Shown here: one piece after another, positions 1 to 12,005 of the stretch
Layout: every line of letters starts with the position of its first letter
How positions within the stretch are numbered: position 1 is the first letter of the stretch
Assembly: GCA_963833225.1 (NCBI GenBank)
Contig: CAWHXD010000008.1
Location: 704,001-768,000 of the forward strand
DNA length: 64,000 nucleotides
Source: an uncultured Chloroflexia bacterium
GTDB taxonomy: Bacteria; Chloroflexota; Limnocylindria; Limnocylindrales; CSP1-4
Direction of reading: 5' to 3'
Notes under the pieces: model-generated
Database searches by the model: none
The model's input: the letters and a program-made list of their open reading frames with translations, nothing else
What the model was told of the DNA's origin: nothing
Position numbers and translations under genes: made by a program

Positions 1-930
1 GAGGCCCGCGTCGCCGATCCGCTCGCGGACGAGCTCGCCTGCCTCGCCGTGGAGGTAGACGCCGAGGCATGCGGCGTCGTAGGTCCCGAGACCCTGGGCC
101 AGGAGGGCCCCGATCGTGCCCGCCAGGACGTCGCCGGTCCCGCCCGACGCCATCGCCGGGTTCTCGAACGGCGCGAAGGAGGCGCTCCCATCCGGGGAGG
201 CGATGACCGTGTTCGCCCCCTTGAGCACGACGACCTGGTTCCACTCGGCGGCGGCGGCCCTGGCCGCCCGCACCCGCGCGGCGTCGTCCGCGGCGAGATC
301 GCCGTCCTCGGCGGGGTCATGACCACTGCCCGCGCGGAGCCGCGCGAACTCGCCCGCGTGCGGCGTCAGGACGCACGGACGCGTGACCCCGGTCCACCAC
401 TCATCGGCCGAGGCGAGGGTCCGGAGCGCCTCCGCGTCGAGCACCACGGGCGGCCCACCCGCCTCCTCGGGGCTGGTGAGCAGGAGCCGCAACAGGTCCG
501 CCGTGGCCAGCGACGGTCGCAGCCCCGGCCCGATGACGAGGGCGTCGTGCTCGTGGTCGAGCACCTTGGACAGGGCCGGCTCGGGGTCGACCTCCTCGAC
601 ATCGTCCTCGGGCAGGGCCATCGTCGTGGCTTCCACCACCTTGGCCGCGAACAGGGGCTGGAGCGACTCGGGCACGGCGAGCGTGACCAGTCCGGCGCCG
701 GCGCGTCCCGCGGCGCGGCAGACGAGCAGGGCCGCCCCGGCGTAGTCCAGGGAGCCCGCGATCACCAGGATCTTCCCGAAGGTGCCCTTGTGGCCACGCG
801 CGTCCCGCACCGGGATCAGGCGGGCGACGGACGCATCATCGAGCCTGGCGACGCCATCGGGCATCGCGCCACCACCCGCGGACGCCTCCTCCGCGCGCCT
901 CCCGAACCCGACCGGGCGCCGATCACCCAC
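1..930 (-). CDS. nnrD: ADP/ATP-dependent NAD(P)H-hydrate dehydratase (YjeF C-terminal family), 3' end runs off the window
   Basis: Not in ORF track. Manual translation gives RDARGHKGTFGKILVIAGSLDYAGAALL...AGAGLV...ALVIGPGL. Start is GTG 930 (overlapping the acpS stop) or ATG 864. Confidence 0.88.
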   Translation of the reverse strand, partial: MGDRRPVGFGRRAEEASAGGGAMPDGVARLDDASVARLIPVRDARGHKGTFGKILVIAGSLDYAGAALLVCRAAGRAGAGLVTLAVPESLQPLFAAKVVEATTMALPEDDVEEVDPEPALSKVLDHEHDALVIGPGLRPSLATADLLRLLLTSPEEAGGPPVVLDAEALRTLASADEWWTGVTRPCVLTPHAGEFARLRAGSGHDPAEDGDLAADDAARVRAARAAAAEWNQVVVLKGANTVIASPDGSASFAPFENPAMASGGTGDVLAGTIGALLAQGLGTYDAACLGVYLHGEAGELVRERIGDAGL

Positions 931-1504
931 GGCCCTCGTCCTCCACTCCGGGTGCCGGACCCTCGAGCGCCGCGCCCGCCTGGTGGAGCTCGCGCAGGCG
1001 TTCCATCCGGGCCAGCAGCTTGCGCTCCCGATCGTCGAGACGCGCGTCGATGTCGAGCGGGAAGACGTACTTGCCGCCCGCCGTCCGCACGCCGAACGCG
1101 ACGGCCACCGCGAACTCGGCCTCGTGGCTGATCGAGACCGCGATCCTGCCCATCCCGAGCTGTCCGGCCCGCTCCGCGGCGCGCCCGTGGAGGATGACGT
1201 TCGGCTGGCCGGTCGGCAGCCGCTCGACCTCGATGTCGCGCCAGCCCACCCCGCGCACGCCAAGGCCGAGCACCTTGGACACGGCCTCCTTGGCCGCCCA
1301 GCGACCGGCGAACGTCTCGGGGCGCTGGCGCACGTAGCGCTGCTCGCGGGCGGTCAGGACGCGGTTCGCGAACCGCATCCCGAACCGGGTGATCGCGGTC
1401 GCGATCCGGTCCACCTTGACGATGTCGATCCCCAGCTCGGTCGTGCCCGGCGGCACGATGCCCGGCGGCAGGACCGGATCCGCGGCGGGTCCGGGGCGGG
1501 TCAT
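923..1504 (-). CDS. acpS: Holo-ACP synthase with C-terminal extension
   Basis: LGIDIV, FAGRWAAKEAVSK, G.P and VSISHE motifs. Confidence 0.93.
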   Translation of the reverse strand: MTRPGPAADPVLPPGIVPPGTTELGIDIVKVDRIATAITRFGMRFANRVLTAREQRYVRQRPETFAGRWAAKEAVSKVLGLGVRGVGWRDIEVERLPTGQPNVILHGRAAERAGQLGMGRIAVSISHEAEFAVAVAFGVRTAGGKYVFPLDIDARLDDRERKLLARMERLRELHQAGAALEGPAPGVEDEGRG

Positions 1505-1507
1505 CGC

Positions 1508-3337
<1,830 letters not shown>

Positions 3338-3383
3338 GCTGCCAGGAGATCTCCGTAGGAACGCGCCGCCCTCAACCGGGCGG

Positions 3384-4718
3384 CTAGTGTAGACGCTCCT
3401 CCGCGAGCGCCGCGATCGCGTCGGCGAGCTCCGAGACGAGCGCCGCGTCTCGACCCTCGACCATCACCCGCAGGACGGGTTCGGTTCCCGACGGACGCAC
3501 GAGGATCCGTCCCTGCGGCGCCAGCCTCGTCTCCGCGACCGCGATCGCGCCGCGCAACACGTCGTCGTTCATCCACTGGTCCCGGTGCCGGACGCGGATC
3601 GCGCGCTGCTGCTGGGGCAGGAGCGGGATCGATGTCGCCAGCTCGTTGAGGCCGCTGCCGGCCGAGCGCATCACGCGGAGCAGCTCGATCGCGGTCACCA
3701 GCCCGTCACCCGACGTGCTGTGCTCGCGAATGATCACGTGCCCGCTCTTCTCCCCGCCCAGCCCGGCGCCGGACACCAGCATGGCGGCCAGGATGTGCTT
3801 GTCCCCGACCGGCGTGCGGACGATGCGTCCGCCCGCCGCCTCGATGGCCTGGGCAAGTCCCCCGTTGGAGAGCACGGAGACCACCAGGCTGTCGCGGTCG
3901 AGGACCCCGCGCGACAGGCGCTCCAGGGCCAGCAGGCCAAGGACCTGGTCACCGTCCACGACGGCCCCGGTGCCGTCGACCGCGATGCACCGGTCGGCAT
4001 CGCCGTCGAGCGCGAAGCCCACGTCGGCACCCTGGTCGCGCACCGCCGCCATGAGGGCATCCGGGTGGGTTGCGCCGCAGTCCCGGTTGATGTTGTCGCC
4101 GTCTGGCCGGTCGTTGATCACCGTGACCCGCGCGCCGGTCGCCCGCAGGATCTCCGGACCGACCCGGTAGGCGGCCCCATTGGCGGTGTCGAGCACCACG
4201 TGGAGCCCCTCGGCGGGCACGGCAGACGCAAGGCCGACCCGGTGGGCGAGGTACCGCTCGACCAGTCCCTCGGCCCGCATGCCACGTCCGATCGCGGTGG
4301 GGGGCACGCCCGGGAGCTCGTCGGCGCGCAGGATCAGCGACTCCAGGTCATCCTCGAGATCGTCATCGAGCTTGAGGCCGGACGGGTCAAGCACCTTGAG
4401 CCCGTTGTCCTCGGCCGGGTTGTGCGATGCCGAGACCATGATCCCGGCCCGGAAGTCCCCGCTCCCGGCGATGAAGGCAAGCGCCGGGGTCGGGACCACG
4501 CCCACGGCGTGCACGTCGACGCCCATGCTCGCCGCCCCCGCGGTGATCGCGGCCACGAACATGTCGCCCGACCGGCGGGTGTCCTGGCCGACGACGATGG
4601 CCGCGCCGGTGCCACCGACCTGGTGTGCCGTGGCGCGGCCCAGGGAGAAGGCCAGCGCCGGACGGAGGTCCACGTTGGCGGCGCCCCGGATGCCGTCGGT
4701 GCCGAACAGGCGGGTCAT
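3384..4718 (-). CDS. glmM: Phosphoglucosamine mutase
   Basis: FGTDGIRG, SASHNP, DGDADR, GGEKSGH, RPSGTEP. Confidence 0.97.
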   Translation of the reverse strand: MTRLFGTDGIRGAANVDLRPALAFSLGRATAHQVGGTGAAIVVGQDTRRSGDMFVAAITAGAASMGVDVHAVGVVPTPALAFIAGSGDFRAGIMVSASHNPAEDNGLKVLDPSGLKLDDDLEDDLESLILRADELPGVPPTAIGRGMRAEGLVERYLAHRVGLASAVPAEGLHVVLDTANGAAYRVGPEILRATGARVTVINDRPDGDNINRDCGATHPDALMAAVRDQGADVGFALDGDADRCIAVDGTGAVVDGDQVLGLLALERLSRGVLDRDSLVVSVLSNGGLAQAIEAAGGRIVRTPVGDKHILAAMLVSGAGLGGEKSGHVIIREHSTSGDGLVTAIELLRVMRSAGSGLNELATSIPLLPQQQRAIRVRHRDQWMNDDVLRGAIAVAETRLAPQGRILVRPSGTEPVLRVMVEGRDAALVSELADAIAALAEERLH

Positions 4719-4748
4719 GCAGGATCCTCGTTGCGAGTGAGCGGCCCG

Positions 4749-6026
4749 TCAGGGCGTGGTCGTCGAGACCGGAGCGGCGGACGGAGTGGTCGTGGGCACC
4801 GGCGTCGGACGCACCGTGACCGTCACGCTGATCGTCTCCGGCGAGATGGCGGCCACCGTGACCGCCGAGGTCAGGATCGGGACGACCGGGACCTCGTGGA
4901 TGCCCGGCTCGAGATCCGCGACGTTGATCGAGATCACGATCGGGATCGTGCCCAGGCGATCGAGGATGGCCGTTGACCCGAACAGGCTCAGCAGGACCTG
5001 CGACTCGTTGGCCTCGTACTGGAGATCCGGCGACCGGCCGTCGAGGCGGATGCCCGCCAGGTAGGTGCGGGTCTCGGTCACGGCCTCGATCCTGACGGTC
5101 ACGGTCGCGGTCTGGGTACCGATCGCGGTGACGCCCGTCGGCAGCGCGTAGGCAACGGTGACCGTCACATCCCGCGTGGCCCCGGTCACGACCACCGGGG
5201 CGGTGTCGGCGGCGGCGAGCGTCTGGAGCTGGTCCAGGTCGCCCTCGACGGAGACGACCAGCGGGTCCACCTCGACCGATGCCACCCGGAAGCCCGCGGA
5301 GGGCGTCCCGGTCGTGATCGGGTTCACTGGAACGGTGCGGTTCTTGAGGTCCTTGTAGACGGGGATCGTGACGTGCACCACGGCCGGCTCCAGGTCCACG
5401 CCGGTGACGATCTCGCCGGCCAGGTTGATCGGATCCGCCTCGATCTCGCGGTCGATGTCGACGGCGCTGCTGTCGATGGTGACGCCCACCCGGGCGCTGA
5501 CAACCTGCCTGACCAGCGACGAGGCACCCGTGACCGTCACCTCCGCCGGTGACAGGGTCCGATCACCGACCGTGAGCCCATCCGGCGGCGTGGACATGTC
5601 CACGGTCACGGGCACGGCCTTGGACACCAGCTGGTCGAGGACCACGGTGATCGATCGAGGGCTGGAGTCGACGATGGAGACCCGGGGGTCCACGGCCGTG
5701 ACCGTGATCCGGACGGTGACCGGGTTGCCGTCGGGCTGGATGCCCGACAGGTCGACCGTCGCCCGGAAGTCCTCTGCAGTGAGGCGGCCCAGGTCAGCCG
5801 GGGCCACGTAGCGAACCTCTTCCACGTCCTGCAGCTGGTTGACCACGACGGTATTGGCGGGCTGGTTGACCGGGGTCACCTTGAGCGGTCCCGGATACGT
5901 CGCGCTGTCCTGGGAGGCAACGAGGCCGACATAGAGCAGCGTGGCCAGGACCGCGGCCCCGAGCTTGAGCGGCCAGTTGTCGATGATGATCCCGGCGAGG
6001 CGCCGGGCGGTGCGGCGAGCGTTCAC
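4749..6026 (-). CDS. cdaR: CdaR/YbbR-domain regulator of diadenylate cyclase
   Basis: N-terminal NWPLKL + TM helix, repeated beta-rich YbbR-like units (P..V.V.G), position between cdaA and glmM. Confidence 0.88.
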   Translation of the reverse strand: MNARRTARRLAGIIIDNWPLKLGAAVLATLLYVGLVASQDSATYPGPLKVTPVNQPANTVVVNQLQDVEEVRYVAPADLGRLTAEDFRATVDLSGIQPDGNPVTVRITVTAVDPRVSIVDSSPRSITVVLDQLVSKAVPVTVDMSTPPDGLTVGDRTLSPAEVTVTGASSLVRQVVSARVGVTIDSSAVDIDREIEADPINLAGEIVTGVDLEPAVVHVTIPVYKDLKNRTVPVNPITTGTPSAGFRVASVEVDPLVVSVEGDLDQLQTLAAADTAPVVVTGATRDVTVTVAYALPTGVTAIGTQTATVTVRIEAVTETRTYLAGIRLDGRSPDLQYEANESQVLLSLFGSTAILDRLGTIPIVISINVADLEPGIHEVPVVPILTSAVTVAAISPETISVTVTVRPTPVPTTTPSAAPVSTTTP

Positions 6027-6955
6027 GGGCCGGGTACCGTGGCCGCGGCGGCGCCCTCGTCGTCATCGCGGCCCGCCGGCTCCGCGGCCGGAGGCCCGGT
6101 GCGCGCGCGACGGCGCGCGAAGTGCAGCCGCCCGGTCCGTCCCGTCACCGATCCCACGCGACCGAGGCGCCCGGAGACGGTGGGGGTCTCGAGCCGTCCG
6201 ATCAGCGCGCGCTCGAGCTGGGCCTCGCTCGGGATGCGGACGATCCGGGCCCGCTCCACGAGGCTCATCTGGCCGCTCTCCTCGGACACCACGACCGCGA
6301 CCGCGTCGGTGTCCTCGGTGATCCCAAGGGCGGCCCGGTGACGGGTGCCGTAGCGTGCCGAGAGCTCCATCTCGGTCAGGGGCAGGAGCGCGGCCGCCGC
6401 GAGCACCGCGTCGCCGCGGATGATCACGGCCCCGTCGTGGAGCTCCGTGCGCGGCATGAAGATGGTGCCCAGCAGCTCGTGCGACAGGTCCGCGTGCAGC
6501 ATGACCCCGGTCTCCGCGATCTCCTCCAGACCCGTTTCGCGCTCGATGACGATGAGCGCCCCGTGCCGTTCGCGGGACATCAACCAGGCTGCCTTGGAGA
6601 CCTCGGCGGCGACATGCTCCGTCCGACGGTGCGCCGGGGGCGCGAACACCCGTCCGATCGCGCCGACCCGCCCGATGCGCTCCAGCGCCCGCCGCAGCTC
6701 GGGCTGGAACACGACGACGAGGGCGAACAGGCCAACCACGGCGCCGGCCTGGAGAAGCTGCGTGAACATGCGCAGATGCAGCCACTGGGCGAGGGCGTAG
6801 GCGCCGAACAGGATGGTGACGCCGATCACGAGGGTCACCGCCCTCGTGCCCCGGATCAGGCTGAACAGCCAGTAGATGAAGAACGCGGTGATGGCGATGT
6901 CAAGAAGGGTCGCCAGCGTGATCTGCCGGACCAGCGACTCGACAAACGGGAGCAT
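6023..6955 (-). CDS. cdaA: Membrane diadenylate cyclase CdaA (c-di-AMP synthase)
   Basis: Three N-terminal hydrophobic helices, FQPELRRALE, HDGA and GTRHRAA DAC motifs. Confidence 0.96.
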   Translation of the reverse strand: MLPFVESLVRQITLATLLDIAITAFFIYWLFSLIRGTRAVTLVIGVTILFGAYALAQWLHLRMFTQLLQAGAVVGLFALVVVFQPELRRALERIGRVGAIGRVFAPPAHRRTEHVAAEVSKAAWLMSRERHGALIVIERETGLEEIAETGVMLHADLSHELLGTIFMPRTELHDGAVIIRGDAVLAAAALLPLTEMELSARYGTRHRAALGITEDTDAVAVVVSEESGQMSLVERARIVRIPSEAQLERALIGRLETPTVSGRLGRVGSVTGRTGRLHFARRRARTGPPAAEPAGRDDDEGAAAATVPGP

Positions 6956-6988
6956 CTTCCGCCAAGTCTATCATCGGGCCTTCCGGGC

Positions 6989-7969
6989 TCAGGCCCGTGC
7001 GGCCCTCGCGGCGGTCACCTGCGCGACCATGGCGGGGTCGTCGTCGAGCGCGACCAGGCGGTCGAGGAGATCGAGCTTCTCGCCCGCAAGCCCGCTCCAG
7101 CCGCTGTCGTCGTACAGCTGGACGAGCGCGAGGTGGAGCCCGACATGGTCGGGGTCCGCGGCCAGCGCGAGATAGCAGGCGTCCATCGCGGCCGCCATGC
7201 GTCCGGCCGTCCGGCTGACCGCCGCGACGTCGAGAAGGCGCTCGACGGCCAGCGCGCCGTCGCCGTCGTCGAGGGCCGCATCCGCGAGCCGCCTGAGCTC
7301 GCCCACGTCGGCGTCGGGCGGCAGGCCGCGCTCGAGCACGTGGCGGATGGCGGGCTCGTCTCGGGGCTGACCGGCGCCATCGACCGCCGGCAGCTCGTCG
7401 GTCGGCGCGGGGGCCAGCTGCGGATCATCGAGCGGCAGCAGGACCGCGACCGTTGGGGCCGCGATCGCGAGGCCCTCCAGCACGCCGAGCGCCCGCTCGA
7501 GGACGAGCCGTCCTGGCTCGTCGGGCTCCGATGCCCGCAGCCGCCCGATCAGCCGCTCGAGCGTCCGGCGCCGCTCGCGGCCCTCGGCCAGCTCGAGGGC
7601 CCGTCGTGCCGCATCGACCGCGTCTGACAGCCGGCCGCCGCCCGCGCGCTGGTCCGCCAGGGCGTCGAACGCCGTCGCCGCGTCGCCGCGTCGCCCGAGC
7701 GCCCCGAGCGCCTGGGCGCGGCCAAGCAGCGCGGCCTCGTCCCGCGGAGCCAGCGACAGGGCTCCGTCGTAGTACCGGAGCGCATCCGCCGGCCGCCCGC
7801 GTCGCAGGAGCGCGGTGCCGGCGCTCGTGTGTGGCGTCGGCCGTTCGGGAGCGATCGACGAGGCCTCGGCGTAGGCGTCGAGCGCCTCGTCCAGCCGGCC
7901 GTGCAGGGAGGCGACGTGGCCCCGCCTGAGCGCGTCCTTGTAGCGCTCGTAGAGTGCCTCGCCTGCCAC
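6989..7969 (-). CDS. Tetratricopeptide-repeat protein, function unknown
   Basis: Ala/Leu-rich helical repeats (A..Y..A..I.P, AL.L.P.D..AL) in two blocks split by a Pro/acidic linker. Confidence 0.75.
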   Translation of the reverse strand: MAGEALYERYKDALRRGHVASLHGRLDEALDAYAEASSIAPERPTPHTSAGTALLRRGRPADALRYYDGALSLAPRDEAALLGRAQALGALGRRGDAATAFDALADQRAGGGRLSDAVDAARRALELAEGRERRRTLERLIGRLRASEPDEPGRLVLERALGVLEGLAIAAPTVAVLLPLDDPQLAPAPTDELPAVDGAGQPRDEPAIRHVLERGLPPDADVGELRRLADAALDDGDGALAVERLLDVAAVSRTAGRMAAAMDACYLALAADPDHVGLHLALVQLYDDSGWSGLAGEKLDLLDRLVALDDDPAMVAQVTAARAARA

Positions 7970-7995
7970 CGCGTGTCTCCCTCCCGCTGCCGCCG

Positions 7996-8934
7996 TCAGC
8001 CGCCGAGGAGCTCGACGAGGAGCGCCTTCTGGGCGTGGAGCCGGTTCTCGGACTGCTCGAAGATGATGCTCCCCGGCCCGTCCATCACGTCGGACGTGAT
8101 CTCCTCGCCCCGGTGGGCCGGGAGGCAGTGCATGACCGCTGCCCCGCCGGCGATGGCCATCAGGTCCGCGTTGACCTGGTACCGGGCAAAGGCGTCACGT
8201 CGCTCCTCGGCCTCAGCCTCCTGGCCCATCGATGTCCAGGCGTCGGTGTACACGGCGGCTGCGCCCGCCACGGCCTCGCGGGGGTCCTCCGTGAACACCA
8301 GCCGGGCCCCCGACGCCGCCGCGATCTCGCGGGCGCGGGCCACGATCCGCTCATTGGGCCCATAGCCGACCGGGTGGGCAAGGCGAACCTCCATGCCCAG
8401 GGTGGCGCCCATCAGGACCAGCGAGTGATAGACGTTGTTGCCGTCCCCGACGAACGCGAGGACGCAGCCGCGCAGGTCGCCGAACCGCTCGTGAAGGGTG
8501 AACAGGTCGGCCAGCGCCTGGCACGGGTGCTCGCGGATGGTCAGCCCGTTGATCACCGGTATGGACGCGCGGGCCGCGAGCTCCACGACGACCTCGTGGG
8601 GGCCGGTGCGGGCCATGATCGCGTCCACGAACCCCTCGAGGTTGCGGGCCACGTCGCCCACCGACTCGCGCCCCCCGAGCACGACACCCTCGGTGAGGTA
8701 GATCGCGTGCCCGCCCAGCTGGGTCATGCCCGCCTCGAACGTCACCCGGGTCCGGAGCGACGGCTTCTGGAACAGCATGGCGAGCGTCCGCCGTTCGAGC
8801 GGCGGGTTCGGATGCACCCTCGAGGCGCGGTACTCGGCCTTGAGATCGGTCGCCAGCGCGAACAGGCAGCCGATTTCCTCCGCCGACAGGTCGGCGGCAC
8901 TGACGAGGTCCCGTCCGCGAAGGCTGCTGCTCAT
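7996..8934 (-). CDS. argF: Ornithine carbamoyltransferase
   Basis: KPSLRT, HPCQALAD, GDGNNV, TDAWTSMG, HCLPAHRG; start placed at ATG 8934. Confidence 0.96.
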   Translation of the reverse strand: MSSSLRGRDLVSAADLSAEEIGCLFALATDLKAEYRASRVHPNPPLERRTLAMLFQKPSLRTRVTFEAGMTQLGGHAIYLTEGVVLGGRESVGDVARNLEGFVDAIMARTGPHEVVVELAARASIPVINGLTIREHPCQALADLFTLHERFGDLRGCVLAFVGDGNNVYHSLVLMGATLGMEVRLAHPVGYGPNERIVARAREIAAASGARLVFTEDPREAVAGAAAVYTDAWTSMGQEAEAEERRDAFARYQVNADLMAIAGGAAVMHCLPAHRGEEITSDVMDGPGSIIFEQSENRLHAQKALLVELLGG

Positions 8935-8994
8935 GGCGTCATGTCCCGGGTGACGCAACGGCCGGGCGGGATCCGCCCCGCCCGGGCCGGGCGA

Positions 8995-9393
8995 CTAGCG
9001 CTTGGTGTACTGCGGCGCCTTGCGGGCGCGCTTGAGGCCGTACTTCTTGCGCTCCTTCATCCGCGGGTCCCGGGTCAGGAGACCGGCCTGGCGGAGCGGG
9101 AGGCGATAGCTCTCGGGATCGGACTGGAGCAGCGCGCGGGCAATGCCGTGGCGGATCGCGCCGGCCTGCCCGGTGGTGCCACCGCCCTCGACCTTGATCA
9201 TCGTGTTGTAGCGGCCCTCGGTCCCGGTCACCCGGAACGGGAGGAACAGCTCGGCCTCACCAAGGATGCCCCCGAAGTGCTCCTCCGGGGTGCGCCCGTT
9301 GACGACCATCTGGCCTTCACCGGGAATGAGGCGAACGCGGGCAACCGCCGTCTTGCGGCGGCCGGTGCCCCAATAGAACGCAGGTGTCGACAT
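8995..9393 (-). CDS. rpsI: 30S ribosomal protein S9
   Basis: [39 protein letters not shown]. Confidence 0.99.
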   Translation of the reverse strand: MSTPAFYWGTGRRKTAVARVRLIPGEGQMVVNGRTPEEHFGGILGEAELFLPFRVTGTEGRYNTMIKVEGGGTTGQAGAIRHGIARALLQSDPESYRLPLRQAGLLTRDPRMKERKKYGLKRARKAPQYTKR

Positions 9394-9406
9394 CAGGGCT
9401 CCTCGC

Positions 9407-9838
9407 TCAGGCAAGCGGTTCGGGCTTCTGGGCCTGGTGGGGATGGTCGTTCCCCGCGTAGACCTTCAACTTCCGAAGCATCTGGGTTCCGAGGCGGTTG
9501 TGCGGCAGCATCCCCTTCACCGTCCGGCGGATGACCTCCTCGGGACGGCGGGCAAGCAGGTGACCAAGGGTCTCCTCCTTGAAGCCACCGGGGTAGCCGC
9601 TGTGGCGCGCGTAGACCTTGGACTCCAACTTGTCGCGGGTCACGGTGATCTTGGTCGCATTGAGGACGATGACATGGTCGCCGGTGTCCATGTGGGCGGC
9701 GTAGGTGGGCTTGTGCTTGCCCTCGAGGACATGCGCGATCCGCGTCGCGAGGCGGCCGAGCGTCTCGTCCGTCGCGTCGACGACGTACCAGCGTCGCTCG
9801 ATCTCGCTCTCTCGAGGCGTATAGGTCTTCGCGCTCAT
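9407..9838 (-). CDS. rplM: 50S ribosomal protein L13
   Basis: WYVVDA, LGRLAT, GKHKPTY, HSGYPGG. Confidence 0.99.
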   Translation of the reverse strand: MSAKTYTPRESEIERRWYVVDATDETLGRLATRIAHVLEGKHKPTYAAHMDTGDHVIVLNATKITVTRDKLESKVYARHSGYPGGFKEETLGHLLARRPEEVIRRTVKGMLPHNRLGTQMLRKLKVYAGNDHPHQAQKPEPLA

Positions 9839-10593
9839 TCCTCGTCTTCCTTGTCGTCCGTCCGCGATCGTCCGAGGACGACGCGCCGGAGGCAGAGCCC
9901 CTTTGCCGGAGCCGCTGCCCCGCTGAGGGCCGGCACCCGTCCGGCGAGCGCCGCTCGGAGTGCCGCTTCATCGATCTTGCCTGCGCCGACCTCCAGGAGG
10001 CCGGCGACCATCCTCCGGACCTGCCCCCGCAGGAAGGAGTCCGCCCGGACGTCGATCGTCACCAGGCGACCATCCTCCCGGACCCGGACCATGTAGACGG
10101 TCCGGACCGGTGACCGGTCCGTGCCGCCGAAGGCCGAGAAGTCGTGGCGACCCAGGTAGGCCGACGCGGCACTCGCCATGGCGGCGATGTCGAGCGGGGC
10201 CCGCACCCCGAGCGCCTGACGCTCGCGGAGCGGGCTGCGCGGCCCGTTCCAGACGGTGTAGCGATACTCCCGGTACCGCGCCGCGTAGCGAGGGTGGAAC
10301 CCGTCGGGCGCCCGTCGAAGGTCGCGGATCGCGACATCCGGCGGGAGCAGGGCGTTGACCGCCCGCTGGAGCCTCGGCCCCGGTACCGCGCCCTGGTAGG
10401 TGAATGCGATCACCTGGCCGATGGCGTGGACCCCGGCATCCGTGCGTCCTGCCCCGTCGACCACGACCCGCTCGCCTCGGGCGAGGCGGGCAAGCGCGGT
10501 CTCGAGCTCTCCCTGGACCGTCCGGGCATTCGGCTGGAGCTGAAACCCGGCAAAGTCCGTTCCGTCGTATTCACACCGGGCGCGGTAGCGCAT
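9835..10593 (-). CDS. truA: tRNA pseudouridine(38-40) synthase
   Basis: [27 protein letters not shown]. Confidence 0.98.
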   Translation of the reverse strand: MRYRARCEYDGTDFAGFQLQPNARTVQGELETALARLARGERVVVDGAGRTDAGVHAIGQVIAFTYQGAVPGPRLQRAVNALLPPDVAIRDLRRAPDGFHPRYAARYREYRYTVWNGPRSPLRERQALGVRAPLDIAAMASAASAYLGRHDFSAFGGTDRSPVRTVYMVRVREDGRLVTIDVRADSFLRGQVRRMVAGLLEVGAGKIDEAALRAALAGRVPALSGAAAPAKGLCLRRVVLGRSRTDDKEDEE

Positions 10594-10631
10594 CGGTCGA
10601 GTCCTCTCGGACTCTTGTCAGATCGGGCTGG

Positions 10632-10988
10632 TCAGACCAGCTCGATCTGGAAGATCTCCGCCGCGTCGCCCTTTCGCTGGCCGATGTGCACCAGCCGGGT
10701 GTAGCCAGAGGTGCGGTCGGCGTACTTGGGGGCGATCACGTCGAACAGCTTGGCGACGACGAGCGGCTCGTTCGGGAACTCCGAGACGACCGCACGCCGG
10801 GCCGCGAGGTCACCGCGCTTCGCGATGGTGATCATGCGCTCGACGCGGCCGCGGATCTCCTTGGCCTTGGCCTCGGTGGTCTGCACCCGCTCGTAGCGGA
10901 GGACCGACACCGTGAGGTTCTTGTAGAGCGCGAGGCGGGGTCCGCGCTTGCGCGAGAGCTTGCGGCCGTCAACCCGGTGCGAGGACAT
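10632..10988 (-). CDS. rplQ: 50S ribosomal protein L17
   Basis: RKLSR, TTEAKAKE, R.SGYTR, RKGDAAE. Confidence 0.98.
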   Translation of the reverse strand: MSSHRVDGRKLSRKRGPRLALYKNLTVSVLRYERVQTTEAKAKEIRGRVERMITIAKRGDLAARRAVVSEFPNEPLVVAKLFDVIAPKYADRTSGYTRLVHIGQRKGDAAEIFQIELV

Positions 10989-10991
10989 CGC

Positions 10992-11996
10992 TCAGGCCTC
11001 CTCGTCGCCGTCGAAGGGCTCGTCGGTGACCTCGTCAACGGCCTCGTCGAAGGCCGACTCGGCCTCTTCCTCGGGGAGGATGAAGCCGCGCATGCGGAGG
11101 CGCTCCTTCATCTCGTCGAGCGACTTCTTGCCGAAGTTGCGCATCCGGAGGAGGTCGTCGTCCTTGAGCTGGAGGAGCTGGCCGACCTTCACGATGTTGT
11201 TGCGCTTGAGCGAGTTGTAGGCCCGCATCGGCAGGTCCAGCTCCTCGATCGGCATGTCGAGCATGTTCGGAGGCAGCTGCGGGACGCCGGGGGCGGCGCG
11301 GTCCGGCACGGCAGCCTGGACGCCGATCGTGACGAATGGCTGGAACTGGTGCACGAGCGTGTCGGCGGACCGGCTGAGGGCCTCCTCCGGGGTGATCGTG
11401 CCGTCGGTCTCGATCTCGATCGTGAGCTTGTCGAAGTTGGTCATCTGACCGACCCGCATGCTCTCGACCCAGTAGTTGACCTTCCGGACGGGCGTGAAGA
11501 TCGCGTCGACCGCGATGACGCCGATCGGGAGGGCCTCGGAGCGCTCGGCGGCCAGGTAGCCGACGCCGCGCTCGACGGTGAGGTCCATCTCGATGGTCAC
11601 GTCGTCCGAGTCGATCGTCATGAGCACGAGCTCGGGGTTGACGATCTCCACGTCGGCCGACTCGGCGACGTCCGCGGCGATGACGGGGCCGGCGCCGCTC
11701 TTGATCAGGCGCAGCTGGACCGGGTGCGACGCGAAGCTCTTGAGACGGAGCTTCTTGATGTTCAGGACGATCTGCGTGACGTCTTCCTTGACGCCGGGGA
11801 TCGTCGAGAACTCCTGGTACACGTCGCGGATCTGGATGGACGTCACGGCGGCGCCCTCGAGCGAGGACAGGAGCACGCGCCGGAGCGCGTTCCCCAGCGT
11901 GACGCCGTAGCCCGCCTGCAGCGGGCCGGCTTCGTACTTGGCGTACGTACCGGCTTCGGCGACGGGCTCGATCAGCGGGGTCTCGAGTTCGATCAT
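10992..11996 (-). CDS. rpoA: RNA polymerase alpha subunit
   Basis: GYGVTLGNALRRVLLSS, alpha-CTD RAYNSLKR...NFGKKSL. Confidence 0.99.
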   Translation of the reverse strand: MIELETPLIEPVAEAGTYAKYEAGPLQAGYGVTLGNALRRVLLSSLEGAAVTSIQIRDVYQEFSTIPGVKEDVTQIVLNIKKLRLKSFASHPVQLRLIKSGAGPVIAADVAESADVEIVNPELVLMTIDSDDVTIEMDLTVERGVGYLAAERSEALPIGVIAVDAIFTPVRKVNYWVESMRVGQMTNFDKLTIEIETDGTITPEEALSRSADTLVHQFQPFVTIGVQAAVPDRAAPGVPQLPPNMLDMPIEELDLPMRAYNSLKRNNIVKVGQLLQLKDDDLLRMRNFGKKSLDEMKERLRMRGFILPEEEAESAFDEAVDEVTDEPFDGDEEA

Positions 11997-12005
11997 GGAG
12001 GGCGG

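Noticed and set aside
3338-3383. glmS ribozyme
   Set aside because: The gap is only 46 nt with one small hairpin; too short and lacks the ribozyme core
7996-8934. N-acetyl- or N-succinyl-ornithine transcarbamylase because of SLRT instead of STRT
   Set aside because: The DxWxSMG and HCLPAHRG motifs are those of ordinary OTCase
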